DNA of 64,000 nucleotides from Octopus sinensis (GCF_006345805.1 NC_043002.1:104532001-104596000), one strand, 5' to 3'. Numbered from the stretch's first letter, positions 1 to 11,828 are shown. Program-made: numbers and translations. Notes: a model not told the origin generated them from the sequence alone.

Positions 1-72
1 TACACTCATGGATTAGTTGGCGTTAGGAAGGGCATCCAGCTGTAGAAACACTGCCAGATCAAACTGGAGCCT
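1..72 (+). mobile_element. Fragment of an invertebrate SINE-type repeat cut by the window edge
   Basis: GTTGGCGTTAGGAAGGGCATCCAGCTGTAGAAA motif, recalled as a widespread SINE internal segment; not verified. Confidence 0.4.
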
Positions 73-1344
73 ACACTTGGATTATTCCCTCAGGTAGCTG
101 CTTTATTTAATCATATTTCTCTGTTGTGCCAACCTTGTCTGTAAAAGTATTTAATTAAGTTCAGTTTAAATACCGAGTTTAAGGAATTTTTTTCATCCTG
201 ATATTCTTGTGCAAAGATCCCATTCCAAGAAGTGTGAAACGAACCGAAATATGCAATAGCAGCTGAAGAATTAGAGAGCTTTGATGTTTAAGATTTTATT
301 ATTATCACAGACTATTACAGAAGGAATGTGAAACACTAATAAATTAACCAATTTATTTATTTACTACTTACTTAATAGACTGGTGGTAAAACTGAAGTGA
401 AATGTAAACACTTCGTGTGTTTTTACGTGCAATGTGACCCTCCCAACCTACAACAACTATAAAAGAAATGGAGTCTCTTAAAGAATTTTCAGGCATCAAA
501 CACTCCCAGACACGCACAGTTGTTACTTTCTATGCCTCAATGATGAAAGTCTGCACGTCTTTCTGTATGTGTGTAGGATGGAATAATTAGAATGCTTTTT
601 GTTAAGGTATATTTTTTACACCAAATCTTGAAATTTTAGAGGACATTTTCGAATTCTATTATCTTTTACATACTTACGTAATAGTTCGCAATAAGTTTAT
701 GGAAATTATCTCTTGATGTTACGTTGTACTACAAAAATATAGATTGGGCATCGATTTCTTCAGAGCTATAGAAACGTGGCTGTTTGTACCTCAATATAAC
801 TCGATGAGATAATAAGAATATCTTGCACAGATTATTTTATTTGGCATGTGTGATATTGTCTTGAAACATTAAGTTAAAAGAAAGCATATTCGGAAAATAT
901 CCAGGGAGAAAATTGACGTTCTTTCATTTCTTCTTAACTAAGATAAAATTCCGGAAACATAAAAGTCTTCTATCAATTATGTACAAATATATTTCAGCAA
1001 CGGAATTTAAGAATATATAATTGAAGAGATTGCGTGGTGTAATTTTTCCATTTGATGTCTCGTTGATATTTTGTTACAATATGAAGATAATTGAGGTTGA
1101 TTGAAAGCTTTTTGTAAAGAAAATTCTAAGTTTAAATTTTGATTGTTCGATGAATAAAAAGAAAATATGAAACTTTAATGGGAGAAATTCAGCTGAATGC
1201 GATAGGCGTTATAATTATATTTCAATCACATGGTGTAGCATATTGCAGGAGAGTGCCACATGTTGAAATTTCGCTTGAATATTTACAGTGAAAACAAAGA
1301 AAAAAATGGGCATTATTAATACCCGTGTTGTTCATAAAGGAATG

Positions 1345-1358
1345 ATGATAATAATAAC

Positions 1359-1423
<65 letters not shown>

Positions 1424-1430
1424 TAATAAT
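1345..1430. repeat. (ATA)n microsatellite
   Basis: Direct trinucleotide run; explains the poly-I and poly-Y ORFs. Confidence 0.95.
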
Positions 1431-1842
1431 GAATCACGATAATGTGGCATCTCAAATCAATAACAATACCTATTTTTATTGAAGCACTTGAAATGGCATC
1501 AAAGTGAGCGAATAAATACACAAACTAAATTCCTGGCATCTCCAAAATAAGCAAATTGTAAAGATCATACTTATGGCTACCTCACACGTTTTACGTAACT
1601 CCCTCTCCGTCGAGAGATAATCATTTTTCATTTCGTTCTATTATAAAATTTCTAAAAGTTTGTTTTTTTGTCTTTAAAGACAAATATCATTTTTTTTTTT
1701 TGGTTTTTTTTGGGTTTTTTTTTAAATATCATAACACTTCACCTGGTTGCATTTTTAGACGTAAAAATTTGGTTTCTTTTGCCGCCTCTGGTTGAGACTA
1801 GAGTACAACTCGTATAGTTCAGAACAAACGCAAATGTTTGTT

Positions 1843-1843
1843 G

Positions 1844-1885
<42 letters not shown>

Positions 1886-1906
1886 GTAATACTACTACTA
1901 CTACTA
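1843..1906. repeat. (CTA)n microsatellite
   Basis: Direct run; explains the poly-T and poly-V ORFs. Confidence 0.95.
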
Positions 1907-2864
1907 CCAATAATATCAAGAACAACAGAATCGTAATAATAAGTTCTTTTGTTAGCCAAAGTGGTATAAAGAGGGGGACACTTGAACAATAGACGAGAAT
2001 TTGTGACGGAATTTGCATAAGGGACGGGGGAATAGAAATGGAAAATACAGTAAAATGCTATAAAGCTAAAGCAAGCTAACAGGATTTTGTTTTTTTAAAT
2101 CATTTATCTCTGTATCGAACGATTTCGGGATTAATCCAGCAAATTTTTCTACCCATCAGCAGAGAGTATGATAAGAAGTAAATGAAATACTCATAAGCAC
2201 CCATGGAAAAAAGCTGACGCAAAAGCCATGTGTACACATAAGTACCCCAAATGTATCTAAATATAAATTCCGTAGCAAGTCTCAACACACGTGTAATCGG
2301 TCAGGAACCACAACTTAGAGTAGTCACCAGTCCCGAAGTGAATGACAATAAATGTACTTCTAATATTGGATAAAATGTTTTCAAAAACTTTCGTCAACTG
2401 GCCACAACATTAAAATACCTTAAATGTATTTCAATGATACCTAAATATACGTCCATCAACCAGTGTCTCTTTTTTCTAGTATCACCTCAACCCTACATAA
2501 AAATAAAACAGACAAGAACTGTAGCAAGTAACATTTACTAGCGATACACATAGTGGTAGGATCAATGCCAGCAAATTTAACTTTGCCAATCGCCAGCAAC
2601 AACATAGGCCACAACTCATAACAACAATGACAACGAAGATAATAACTATACTGTTGTCATGGTTACAGAAGGAAGCCACAATGATTTTTACAATAACACA
2701 AATTGGTGGTTAGCGGTAGCTATGACTACTCTAGAAGTATAAATATAATAATGGTAAGGACAACAAAATAATAGTAATTATAATGGTACCGATATTAAGA
2801 GTAGAGCTTAATAATAATCATTTATTTATTAGCCACAAAGGCCTCACTGATGATAATATTAAAG

Positions 2865-3335
2865 TACCAGGTCAACCCATAAGTTCCGTCCGAATTTTGA
2901 ATAAAGAAAACAAGTGATCAAATGTTATATTTAATTGAAATATAATCATCAGTGTACTTTCCCTGATTACCTATGACTTCCTTTCATCTATTTACAATCT
3001 TTTTAATCCCATCAATGTAAAACTCTTTTGGTTTCAAAGTGAAAAACACTGAAATGTCAGTTTTGTCCTCCTGGCTTGCGAAAGTTATGTCCCCCAAATG
3101 ATTCTGTAAACTACGAAACAAATGTTAGTCTGAAGGAGCAAGGTCGGAAGAATAAGGTGGATGTGGTATTGTTTCCCAACCAAGCTCTTCGATGTTTTGT
3201 GATGTGATCTTTGCAGTGTGGGGTCGCACATTGCCCCGATGAAACATCACTCCTTTTTGACTCACTAAAGCGGGTCTTTTTTGCTTCAAAGCTTGGTTCA
3301 AACGCTCTAATTGCTGCCAGTAGACTTGAGTATGA
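2865..3335 (-). mobile_element. Mariner transposon 3' fragment (degenerate DD34D transposase C-terminus plus one TIR)
   Basis: Minus strand reads YWQQLERLNQALKQKRP...FHRGNVRPHTAK...WETIPHPPYSSDLAPSD*HLFRSLQNHL...FYIDGIKKIVNR; TIR-like end CCAGGTCAACCCATAAGTTCC next to TA at 2865. Confidence 0.88.
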
Positions 3336-3729
3336 GTGTGTGTATAAAATAGAGATAAATGTGTCTTCACTTTTCACGTGAAAACGGCCTCACCAGTAAC
3401 TTCCATTCATGCGATGCACGAATAATTACACTTCGGACATATAATAGGGTCATCATTTGATTTACTTCATTAAAAATAAAAAGATATTGCATTATATTTA
3501 TGATTCACTTCTTTAAGAGGTTCCTGAATATCAACTTCCGCGGTATTAACGTAAAAAACCGTGAAGTCTCCAAGTCTCTATTTTAATGTTCGCTATTTGT
3601 AAACAACTGTGATAATTTACTGAAAGAAATATTTACGAAATTCACAAATTTGAACATTCGGTACAAGATATTTTTCAACTTGCTTTTATTTCTACGATTT
3701 TTTCATTCCATGTTTATCTCATTCATTGT

Positions 3730-3815
3730 TTGCACTGTTCTCTGTCTGTCTGTCTCTCTTTCTCTGTCTGTTTGTCTTTTCTCTCTGTCTATCTGTCTCT
3801 CTCTCTCTCACACAG

Positions 3816-3875
<60 letters not shown>

Positions 3876-3889
3876 ACACACACACAACA

Positions 3890-3920
<31 letters not shown>

Positions 3921-4289
3921 TTGTGGCTTCATTTGGTTCTGAACTCGCACATTTCGTAAATTCCTGTAAAATCTTTTTATTTACTTTCTTTTTGCAGGCC
4001 GTGTCTTTGTATGTATGTTTGTATACATATTTTTATGTGTGTGTGTGTTTATGTCTGTGTGTTTGTGTGTGTGTGTCTCTATGTCTGTGTGTGTGTGTGT
4101 ATGAGTGACTGAAGGGATATAAATACATATGCATACATCGTTTTTCTGTGTATGTATGCGCGTCTGTGTAAGAGAGAGAGAGAGTGATGCCTAAGTGGCA
4201 CTCTCACTCTTTCTCTCCCTCACTCACATACGCACACACTCACATACATACAAGGAGGATGTATGTCACCACAACCCTCCACTTGTCTT

Positions 4290-4320
<31 letters not shown>

Positions 4321-4362
4321 AACATCTATTTCATAGGATGCTTGTTACTGTATGTATATGTA

Positions 4363-4419
<57 letters not shown>

Positions 4420-4440
4420 GTGTACCTGCGGGCATGCGTG
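3730..4440. repeat. Compound (CT)n/(CA)n/(TG)n microsatellite cluster
   Basis: Direct inspection; source of the THTH and VCVC ORFs. Confidence 0.95.
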
Positions 4441-4444
4441 TGGC

Positions 4445-4940
4445 GTTCCATAATCGCCAGAGAAAAGCGAGGGAATTTTCTTTCTTGATGCTCAGGTAAA
4501 ACATTTGTAACATTGCTTCTCTCCAAGGTAAAGCAACAAAAAAAGAATTGCAGTTGCTGTAACGTTGTCTGACTTTGCTGCCACCATTCTTCCAGAAGGA
4601 CGAACAGCTCATTCTGCTGTTAAAATACCACTGACCCTGTTCACAAAGGACAGTCCAATTTGTAACATAAGCAAAGATTCAGGTTCAACAAAAGTGTTGT
4701 GCCAATGCCACCTTAACATTTCGGATGAATGCACCATGTCACATAGAGGTGCGATGCAAGCACTTGGTAAGACCTTACAAGACATCAGAAGCAACAATAA
4801 ATCTATGGGAGAAGTTACATTAGTTTTATCAGAAGACTTGAGACAGGCATTAACAGTCATTCTGAGACGAACAAGATCTGATGAAATAAAAGCATGCATT
4901 AAGTCTTCACATCTATCGAATAAAGTACTGAAATTCTCCT
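4445..4940 (+). mobile_element. Helitron PIF1-like helicase fragment (pseudogenised)
   Basis: SGKTF (Walker A remnant), AATILPEGRTAHSAVKIPL, CNISKDS, SDECTMSH, TLQDIRSN..MG, DLRQAL, RSDEIKACIKSS match the RepHel helicase motif series. Confidence 0.88.
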
Positions 4941-4974
4941 ACGGACCTCAGTGCTAAAGGCTTAGAATGAAGGC

Positions 4975-5590
4975 TATATTTTGGCTGCTCGAGCTTATTG
5001 ACCCGGGACTATCAAGCCAATGTGAAGAAAAATGGAGTAGATATTGCAACGATGGGATTGAAACAGTGGGCCACCTAATTTCCGAGTGTAAGCTTTTAGC
5101 GCCGGTAGAGTATAGTTCAAAACATGATACAGTTGGCCAATATCTACATTAGTTAATATGTTGGCATTATAAAATCAAAACTGTTGACAAATGGTACAAT
5201 TATCGTTATGAAGAAGGAGAAAATGTAACTATTCTTTGGGACTCTCCAGTATGCAGAAACCGGACCATCAAAGCAAAAGACCTAGATATTGTTGTGTAAG
5301 ACCAAACAGTCAAGTCTGTTTATTGACATGAGCATCCACTGTGAGAATAAGATCTCAGCAAAAGAACTTGATAATCACAGAAAATATAATGATTTGCTAA
5401 TCGAAATCTAAAAGATGTGGCATCGCAAGACGGTTACAATACCAGTGGTTATAGGACCGCTTGGAATGGTAAAAAAAAACAACTTGAAATTATATCAGAA
5501 TAATCCTTGTCTTATCATCCACAGAGGAAATGCAAAAGATTGTCTTAACTGGTTTGTCACACGTATTGAGAAGAGCATTGTCGCTGTGAA
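4975..5590 (+). mobile_element. RLE-type non-LTR retrotransposon 3' fragment (R4/Dong/NeSL-like)
   Basis: CCHC remnant RYC...ETVGHLISEC...EY..KHDTVGQYLH, a PD..D nuclease remnant and EI.KMW..KTVTIPVVIGPLG; several frameshifts. Confidence 0.82.
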
Positions 5591-5807
5591 TTTTCTTTCC
5601 TTTTTTTCCTCTTCATTTTCTTTGTTTACTTTTTTATTTTATTTTATTTTCTTAGTTTCTCCCTGATTTTATCCCCCTTTTCGCTATGACATGACTTTCT
5701 AAATGAATAAATCTGGTGTGTTTATTTTAATGGCCAACAAATATTTAGAGTGCGTTTCTCTGTCCTAGATATCAGGAAGACAGACGACAAGAAATGGAAA
5801 CGGAATT

Positions 5808-6027
5808 GAAAAAAAAAAAGAAGAAGAAGAAGGAGGAGGAGGAGGAGGAGGAGGAGGAGGAGGAGGAGGAGGAGGAAGAGGAAGAGGGAGAAGGAGAAGG
5901 AGAAGAAGAAAACGAAGAAGAGAAGAAGAAGAAGAAGAAGAAGAAGAAGAAGAGAAGAAGAAGAAGAAGAAGAAGAAGAAGAAGATGAATGAGAAGATGA
6001 AGAAGAAAAAGATGAAGAAGGAGGAGA
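5808..6027. repeat. (GAA)/(GAG) purine-rich microsatellite
   Basis: Direct run; explains the poly-K/E/R ORF. Confidence 0.95.
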
Positions 6028-6110
6028 TTATTGCTGAAAGTGGTTCAGTTTTCCCTCGCTCAAAGTATTTGGTTTTTTTGTTCTTAAATGTTCATTTGGT
6101 ATGGTTTCAG

Positions 6111-6404
6111 AATGTGCCAACGTTCGATGAATCGTAAGTATCTTCTAGCTATAAACTAGCAGCAATTAACAACAATGATTTCCTCAAATAGCATTTTGTA
6201 CCTTGGGTTATAGGATATTAAATGTAGGCTGTCTGTGTACAGAGACAATAGAAATGTTATGACTGGGGTACATTTTCATCATAAATTTACAGCATCGGGT
6301 TTGACCAGGAACGAAACCGAATTGATGATGACATGTTCATTGAATGCAGTTTACTAAGGGAACAGGAATCATCGATACATCATAGACTGAATTTGAACGT
6401 ATAA
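6111..6404 (+). CDS. Candidate last two coding exons of an unknown host gene (6111-6133 and 6293-6404)
   Basis: TTTCAG acceptor, 23-nt exon, GTAAGT donor, TTTACAG acceptor; phases join to NVPTFDE-S-IGFDQERNRIDDDMFIECSLLREQESSIHHRLNLNV*; AATAAA ~70 nt after the stop; no homology recognised. Confidence 0.33.
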
Positions 6405-6738
6405 CATAAAGATATAAGAAATTGAAAATTTCAGTACGATAAACTACTGATCCACCGACTTTTCTCCATTTAATAAAATGTATTTAGAAAGGAATTTTAG
6501 CATTAATTTGAATATGTATATTTGCAAGATATGTCACAAGATCGATTGTATGGTTTGAATAGGATATAAAACGGGTGGATCTCAGGAATTTGAAACAACC
6601 TGTGCTTACCAGAGTTTAAAATGTAAGGTTATTTAAAACACTGGGTCAGGAATTAAGAGCATAAACAGAAGTTAGCTACAAGTCGGTGACTTGACACAAT
6701 ATTGAGAGCAAAACAATTTGCAATATTTAATCCGACTT

Positions 6739-6945
6739 AAGGCGGTGATCTGGCAGAATCGTTCGCACACTGGATAAGTACATAGCAGCATTTCTTCCGT
6801 TTTTACGTTCTGGGTTCAAATTCCGCCTTTAGTCCTATCGAAGTTGATAAAATAAGTACCAGTTGAGCAATTGGGGTCGATGTAATCGACTTATCTCCTC
6901 CAGCCAAACTGCTGGCCTTGTGACATAATTTGAAGCTAATATTTG
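6739..6945 (+). mobile_element. tRNA-derived SINE (GGCGGCGAGCTGGCAGAA family), diverged
   Basis: Shares TGGCAGAA..GTT.GCAC, GTTCAAATTCCGCC and ATAAGTACCAGTT with copies at 29452 and 59148. Confidence 0.8.
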
Positions 6946-7087
6946 TTCCGCTTCTTCACATCTAAGATAGGCAACTCAGAATTTATTATCCCCCGGGTTT
7001 ATGAATATATATTCAGTCGAGAAACCTACCTAATTTGCCTACATTGTGACTAAGTGAGAAACTTTTCTAACAAATAATGCATGTATA

Positions 7088-7127
7088 TAGGCGTAAGAGT
7101 GGCTGTGTGGTAAGTAGCTTCTTACCA
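7088..7127 (+). mobile_element. 5' part of SINE family A head, split by an insertion
   Basis: TAGGCGTAAGAGTGGCTGTGTGGTAAGTAGCTT-CTTACCA matches the intact head at 45150-45190 (minus); A-box TGGCTGTGTGG. Confidence 0.88.
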
Positions 7128-7426
7128 GACAGACGTGCTGTTTTTTGCTCCGGCAAATGTCACGTGTTAACGTGAATTATTGAACATTTTACGGCAACAG
7201 GTAGGACATTTTGGATATTTTTGGAAGCATAGTGAGGTTTATTGCTTGCCGTTAATACTTTTTTGGCATTAATGTTTATTAGTGTTAACACTTTTCTGCG
7301 CGTAACAAGCTTCACTTTGCTCCGGATGTATTTGTTCTGCCTGTTGGCGTATTTATTGTCTCACCTTTTAGTGAGAATTGTGTATTTTGAAGAGGCATAG
7401 CCCTTCCTCAAAAATTAATTTGTTCG

Positions 7427-7542
7427 CTTGGATTTACCACGGAGAACCAATTGTGCTTGGATTTACCACGGAGAACCAATTGTGCTTGGAGTTACCACGG
7501 AGAACCAATTGTGCTTGGATTTACCACGGAGAACCAAGTGTG
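7427..7542 (+). repeat. 4 x 29-bp tandem monomer in the element 5' UTR
   Basis: Unit CTTGGATTTACCACGGAGAACCAATTGTG; only one unit in copy 2. Confidence 0.95.
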
Positions 7543-7709
7543 CTGCAACTAGGAGTACCCTGTTTCGTGACGATTACCAATTGCAGAACTGTGTTGCCAT
7601 TATTTGAACTGTCTTCCTTCGTCCTTTTCTCTGTTCTGTCTTTCTGTTCTGTCATTGTGTTTTTTTCTTATTGGACTTTGAACTTTTAGTTGAACTTTTT
7701 TTCAAAATC

Positions 7710-8907
7710 ATGGCAACAAAAGAAACCACTGCTTTGGAATGGGAGGTTGTCCCACCCAAGCAGTGGATTGAAAGTCTTGAGAAGAGCACGGTGGCTCTAC
7801 GAACCTATTCTAGGTCGCGTGGAGCTATCGCCCTCTTCGACAGGAGCACCATAGAGAAAGAGTTGGGGGACCACCTACCAACGATAAAGTTTATTTCTCG
7901 GGGGAGTAAATTTGCAACGGTGTGGTTGCTGTTTGGTACCCCCGAGGAAGCTAGCAGATTTGCTAGCGAGCCACTGGAGGGAGAGGAAATTTTGTTCCTC
8001 CCCTCGTATTGTGGCAGAATAGTAAAAAGAGCCTGGGTTTGTGGGCTGCCCCCGGGCACGGAGGCGGAATGGATCGAGAAGACCATCCGGCGAGGCCTGG
8101 GGGATAGCGGACCCAGGCTACGGTGTGAAAATGGCTCCCGCGGTCGCCTGGGAGGGGTCAAAGGCGACTTCGACCCTGTGGACACCGGTGGCCGTGGGAG
8201 AAATGAAATTCCCGGACTTCCTGAGAATGGCTGGGCACAGGTACCCGTGATACTCGAGGGACGCCCCCCCCAAGTATCACCTGTGCCTGAAGCCCGGACA
8301 TATCAAGAGGAATTGTCCCGGGGGCCGTGGTGGTGCCCCGGACCATGAAGGGGAAAAGGCGCCCGCCACCCCCTCATTGGAGGGGGAGCGGTGGAAGTCG
8401 TGGAGGAGGTTGCCTCCACGAAAAGAAAGAGACAGGAGCAACAATGGCTGCTCGCCAAAGAACGCTCAGGTGGCGGAGGGGGATAGCGATCCCCCGTGTC
8501 TGGTGACGGAGTCCCCTGGGTCAGCAGTCTCCCCCAAAAGAAGGAGGAGAAAAAGAAAGAAAGTCGGGGGCTGATATCCATGAGCCGCAGACGTTGGCTG
8601 GAACTGTGCCGCCAACGAAAGAACTGAACGTATTAGTCCTCTTCTATAGAGGAGGAGAAATTGAAAAAAAAAAATGATGGAAGAGTACCACAAGGGAGCT
8701 CCTTTAGCCTTCACACAGGACCCCGAATGGCCTCCGCAGATAGCTGTGGAGGCCGTGGCGTTCGACGTGACGCTTGGGCTAAAGGAGCTCAATGAAGATT
8801 ATAGCTTGGTCCCGGGCGACGCGAACTCGTAACTTGATTACGTTCTGAGGGAGCGTGTGTATGATGGTGGAGGGCGCGGGCACAAGCTATTCGAGGACGA
8901 TATGTAA
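7710..8907 (+). pseudogene. Frameshifted ORF1 (gag-like nucleic acid chaperone with zinc knuckle), ~390-400 aa reconstructed
   Basis: Joining frames gives MATKETT...PSYCGRIVKRAWVCGLPPG...FPDFLRMAGHRYPVILEGRPPKYHLCLKPGHIKRNCP; 8275-8316 is (C>Y)x2Cx4Hx4C, placed as in Tx1/L1 ORF1 proteins. Confidence 0.78.
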
Positions 8908-9161
8908 TTATTGAACTGTTAGTATTAATAATGGACTGCTAAGTCCAAAAATTGGAAAAATTGTAAGAGGTTTAATACCTCGTTTTGTGTTTATCTTTAA
9001 AAAGAACAATGTTTTAGAGAAGCGAAAGTCGGCGGGCGCTTTTTGTCTTCTTCCATCCTTATCATCTGTCTTTCATTATCATTCACTTCATTAATGTCCT
9101 CGTCCAGCCCGCAAAGCTAACTTAATCTGTGTACTGCCTTTATGGCAAATGTTTTGAAATA

Positions 9162-9302
9162 ATGTAGCTTGTTTACCAACCACATGGTTCCGGGTTCAGT
9201 CCCACTGCGTGACAACTTGGGCAAGTGTCTTCTACTATAGCCTCGTAACGTCCAAAGCCTTGTGAGTGGATTTGGTAGATGGAAACTGAAAGAAGCCTGT
9301 CG

Positions 9303-9341
<39 letters not shown>

Positions 9342-9585
9342 GGGTGAGTATATATGTTTGTGTGTCTGTGTTTGTCCCCCCAACATCGCTAGACAACCGA
9401 TGCTGGTGTGCTTACGTCCCCGTGACTAGGCGAGTCGGCAAAGGAGACCGATAGAATAAGTACTAGGCTTTCAACGAAAGTCCTGGGGTCAATTTGCTCG
9501 ACTAAAGGCGTTGCTCGACTAAAGGCGTTGCTCCAGCATGGCCACAGTCAAATGACTGAAACAAGTAAAAGAGTAAAAGAGTATA
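9162..9585 (+). mobile_element. 3' part of split SINE family A (B-box, CORE-like segment, internal microsatellite, GAGTAAAA tail)
   Basis: B-box GGTTCAGTCCC at 9193-9203; CTTGGGCAAGT motif; tail matches 44752-44990 reversed. Confidence 0.88.
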
Positions 9586-10374
9586 TCTGTTCCGCATTAT
9601 ATAACTTTTCTTCATCACCTAAATCAAACAAGTCTTTTATTTAGGTCTAAAGGCGAAAAACATCTGAGGACGACAAGAAACCAAACTGGTTGAAATGTGC
9701 AATGAAGATTTTGTTTTTGTTTTAAGTTGTTTTATTTTGTTCTCTGGGTTCTCTATTCGTAATTCTTACTTGTAATTCAATTTATCTTAATGTCGATCAA
9801 ATAATGCTTTTTAAAATTGTTTTTCCTATATAAAACAAAACAAAATGCGTACGCTAGATGTTACATCATATCTAAAGAACAACTACATCTTCACGCTGTA
9901 GTTATTATATACTAATTTGTCACTTAATCATTCTTTACTGGTTTCCAAAGTAGATGATTGGAGTATCGATGCCAAAGATTCGGCTGCCAAATTATACACC
10001 ATTCATTCACCTATTCAGCAAAGTTGTTGAAATTATTACTGCAATTATGGATAATTACGTATCTGAGAGACTTTACCATTTGGTAAAAACTCATCACCGA
10101 CTCATAAATTTTAAATTTCTAGAGTGCAATTTGTAATCTAGAGGTGACGTACAAAAATCCTCCGGTACCTTGAGGTTACATCTTACTGAAAGAAGGACAA
10201 AAAGAAAGAAAGAGAGATACTTTCAAAGTTACAGTTGCGAAACGTACACAAACAAGAAAAATTAGATATGGTGCAGTCGTTCATATACTAAAGCTTACAC
10301 AGGTGTCATTTATGTGAGTATACGTGTGTGCCTGTATGTGTGTATGTATACTTATACATATAGGTGTGTGCGTT

Positions 10375-10417
<43 letters not shown>

Positions 10418-10624
10418 GAACGAGATGAGAAAGATGCATATTCAATGTTATGTAAGTGCGCTACATACGTAATGATATATTCACATTCAAGGAGATCAGA
10501 CAGATAAATAACAGATCGTGTTGCGGCAACTGTCTCGCGATGAGTTACGATTTGAAACAGGAAGGACAACGTATCACAACACCCGCAGTAGTCGTCGCTT
10601 TAAGATTGTAGAAAATATCAAAAC

Positions 10625-10798
10625 TATTTACATTATTTACATTTGACGGATATTTGTCCTCATCTTGTTTGTTGTTAACACAACGTTTCGGATGATATAT
10701 CACCCCCCCCCCAGCCTTCATCAGGTGTCTTGGGGTAATTTCGAACCTCGGTTCTCATTCCAGAGATATATTTTTCGATGTTGTTGTTGTTGTTATTA

Positions 10799-10864
<66 letters not shown>

Positions 10865-10977
10865 TCAATGCCTGGAATCGAACTCGGAATCTTGGAGTTA
10901 GTAGACCGCGCTCTTAACCACTACGCCATATGCCCGTAATAATAATGATAACAACAACAACAACAATAATAATAATG

Positions 10978-11011
<34 letters not shown>

Positions 11012-11185
11012 GATCGAAAAATACCTTAGGAATGAGGAACCACGTTCGAAATTTCCCCAAGACACCTGGAGGCTGGAGGGTATATCAGCCGAAACGTTGT
11101 GTTAACAACAAAGATGAGGGCAAATATCCGTCAAGTGTAAATAATGTAAATAACGTAGATAATTCCTCATCTTTTAAATATAGAA
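10625..11185 (-). mobile_element. tRNA-headed element with hammerhead-bearing PLE-like tail and an inverted second tail copy
   Basis: tRNA-like head 10861-10936 (minus; TGGCGTAGTGG A-box, GAGTTCGATTCC B-box), (AAT)n, tail 10625-10780; inverted tail copy 10990-11185. Confidence 0.75.
10677..10729 (-). ncRNA. Minimal type I hammerhead motif (PLE type)
   Basis: GACAC-CUGAUGA-A-GGCUG..CAUCC-GAAA-C-GUU-GUGUU; stem I GACAC/GUGUU; palindromic AACGUU helix III implies a dimer. Confidence 0.6.
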
Positions 11186-11828
11186 CTCTATCAAAACTAT
11201 TTCTTCAGCTCGTTTGTACCAACAACCCTTTTCTTTGAGATGTGAATCACCAGAATCCCAAATCACCTGTGCTGGTGTTTTCGTATAGTAAGTAAAAAGG
11301 TAAACACGAGCAGAGACCTGCCGAAAGGAATAAATTGTTTTTCTTCTTCTGTTTGAATTCACAAAAGATTTCGCTTCGGACTCCAATTGTCCTCGGGTGC
11401 CTTATTGCTATAAATGTGCATACTATACGTAATACATACATACAATGTGCAGTGTAACATAATCTCCATCGAAAAGCATAATGTTAGTTCAGGAATTAAT
11501 GTATGTATCTATCTATCTGTCTTTCCGCCCGTCCGTCCGTCCATCCAACCATCTGCCTGACTGTATGCATGTCTCTACATTGAAAATTTAATTCGCAAAC
11601 CAATGGGCTTCTAATTTTTGCTGAATTTCGATCGACGGGGCAACGAACCTGGAAATGTAAATTTGTGCAACAAACATCATTACAACATATCCATTCTTGA
11701 ACCACGTATTAGCTTTTAAATTTCAAGTAATATTAAATTATTCTTAATCTCGAAGAGAAATTATATCAAACACTCGAATACTTCAGAAATTTGAATTTTG
11801 TAAGGAAGAAGAAAAAAAATCGAACAAC

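Larger units (their letters stand above)
7128..9161 (+). mobile_element. ~2.03-kb non-autonomous ORF1-only non-LTR retroelement (Tx1/L1-like), copy 1
   Basis: Homologous end to end with 42510-44449; flanked by duplication AAGTAGCTT(G)YTTACCA at 7112-7127 and 9161-9178; ends ...TTTTGAAATA; no RT or EN motifs seen. Confidence 0.85.

Noticed and set aside
9640-9705. CTGAGGA...GAAA hammerhead-like string
   Set aside because: No stem I or stem III pairing and no NUH site
10861-10936. Functional tRNA gene
   Set aside because: Poor anticodon and acceptor stem pairing, ACT anticodon, and embedded in a repeat; treated as a SINE head
11209-11420. Two Cys-containing exon-like segments (11209-11287 and 11366-11426)
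   Set aside because: Splice phases are incompatible and joining them creates a stop
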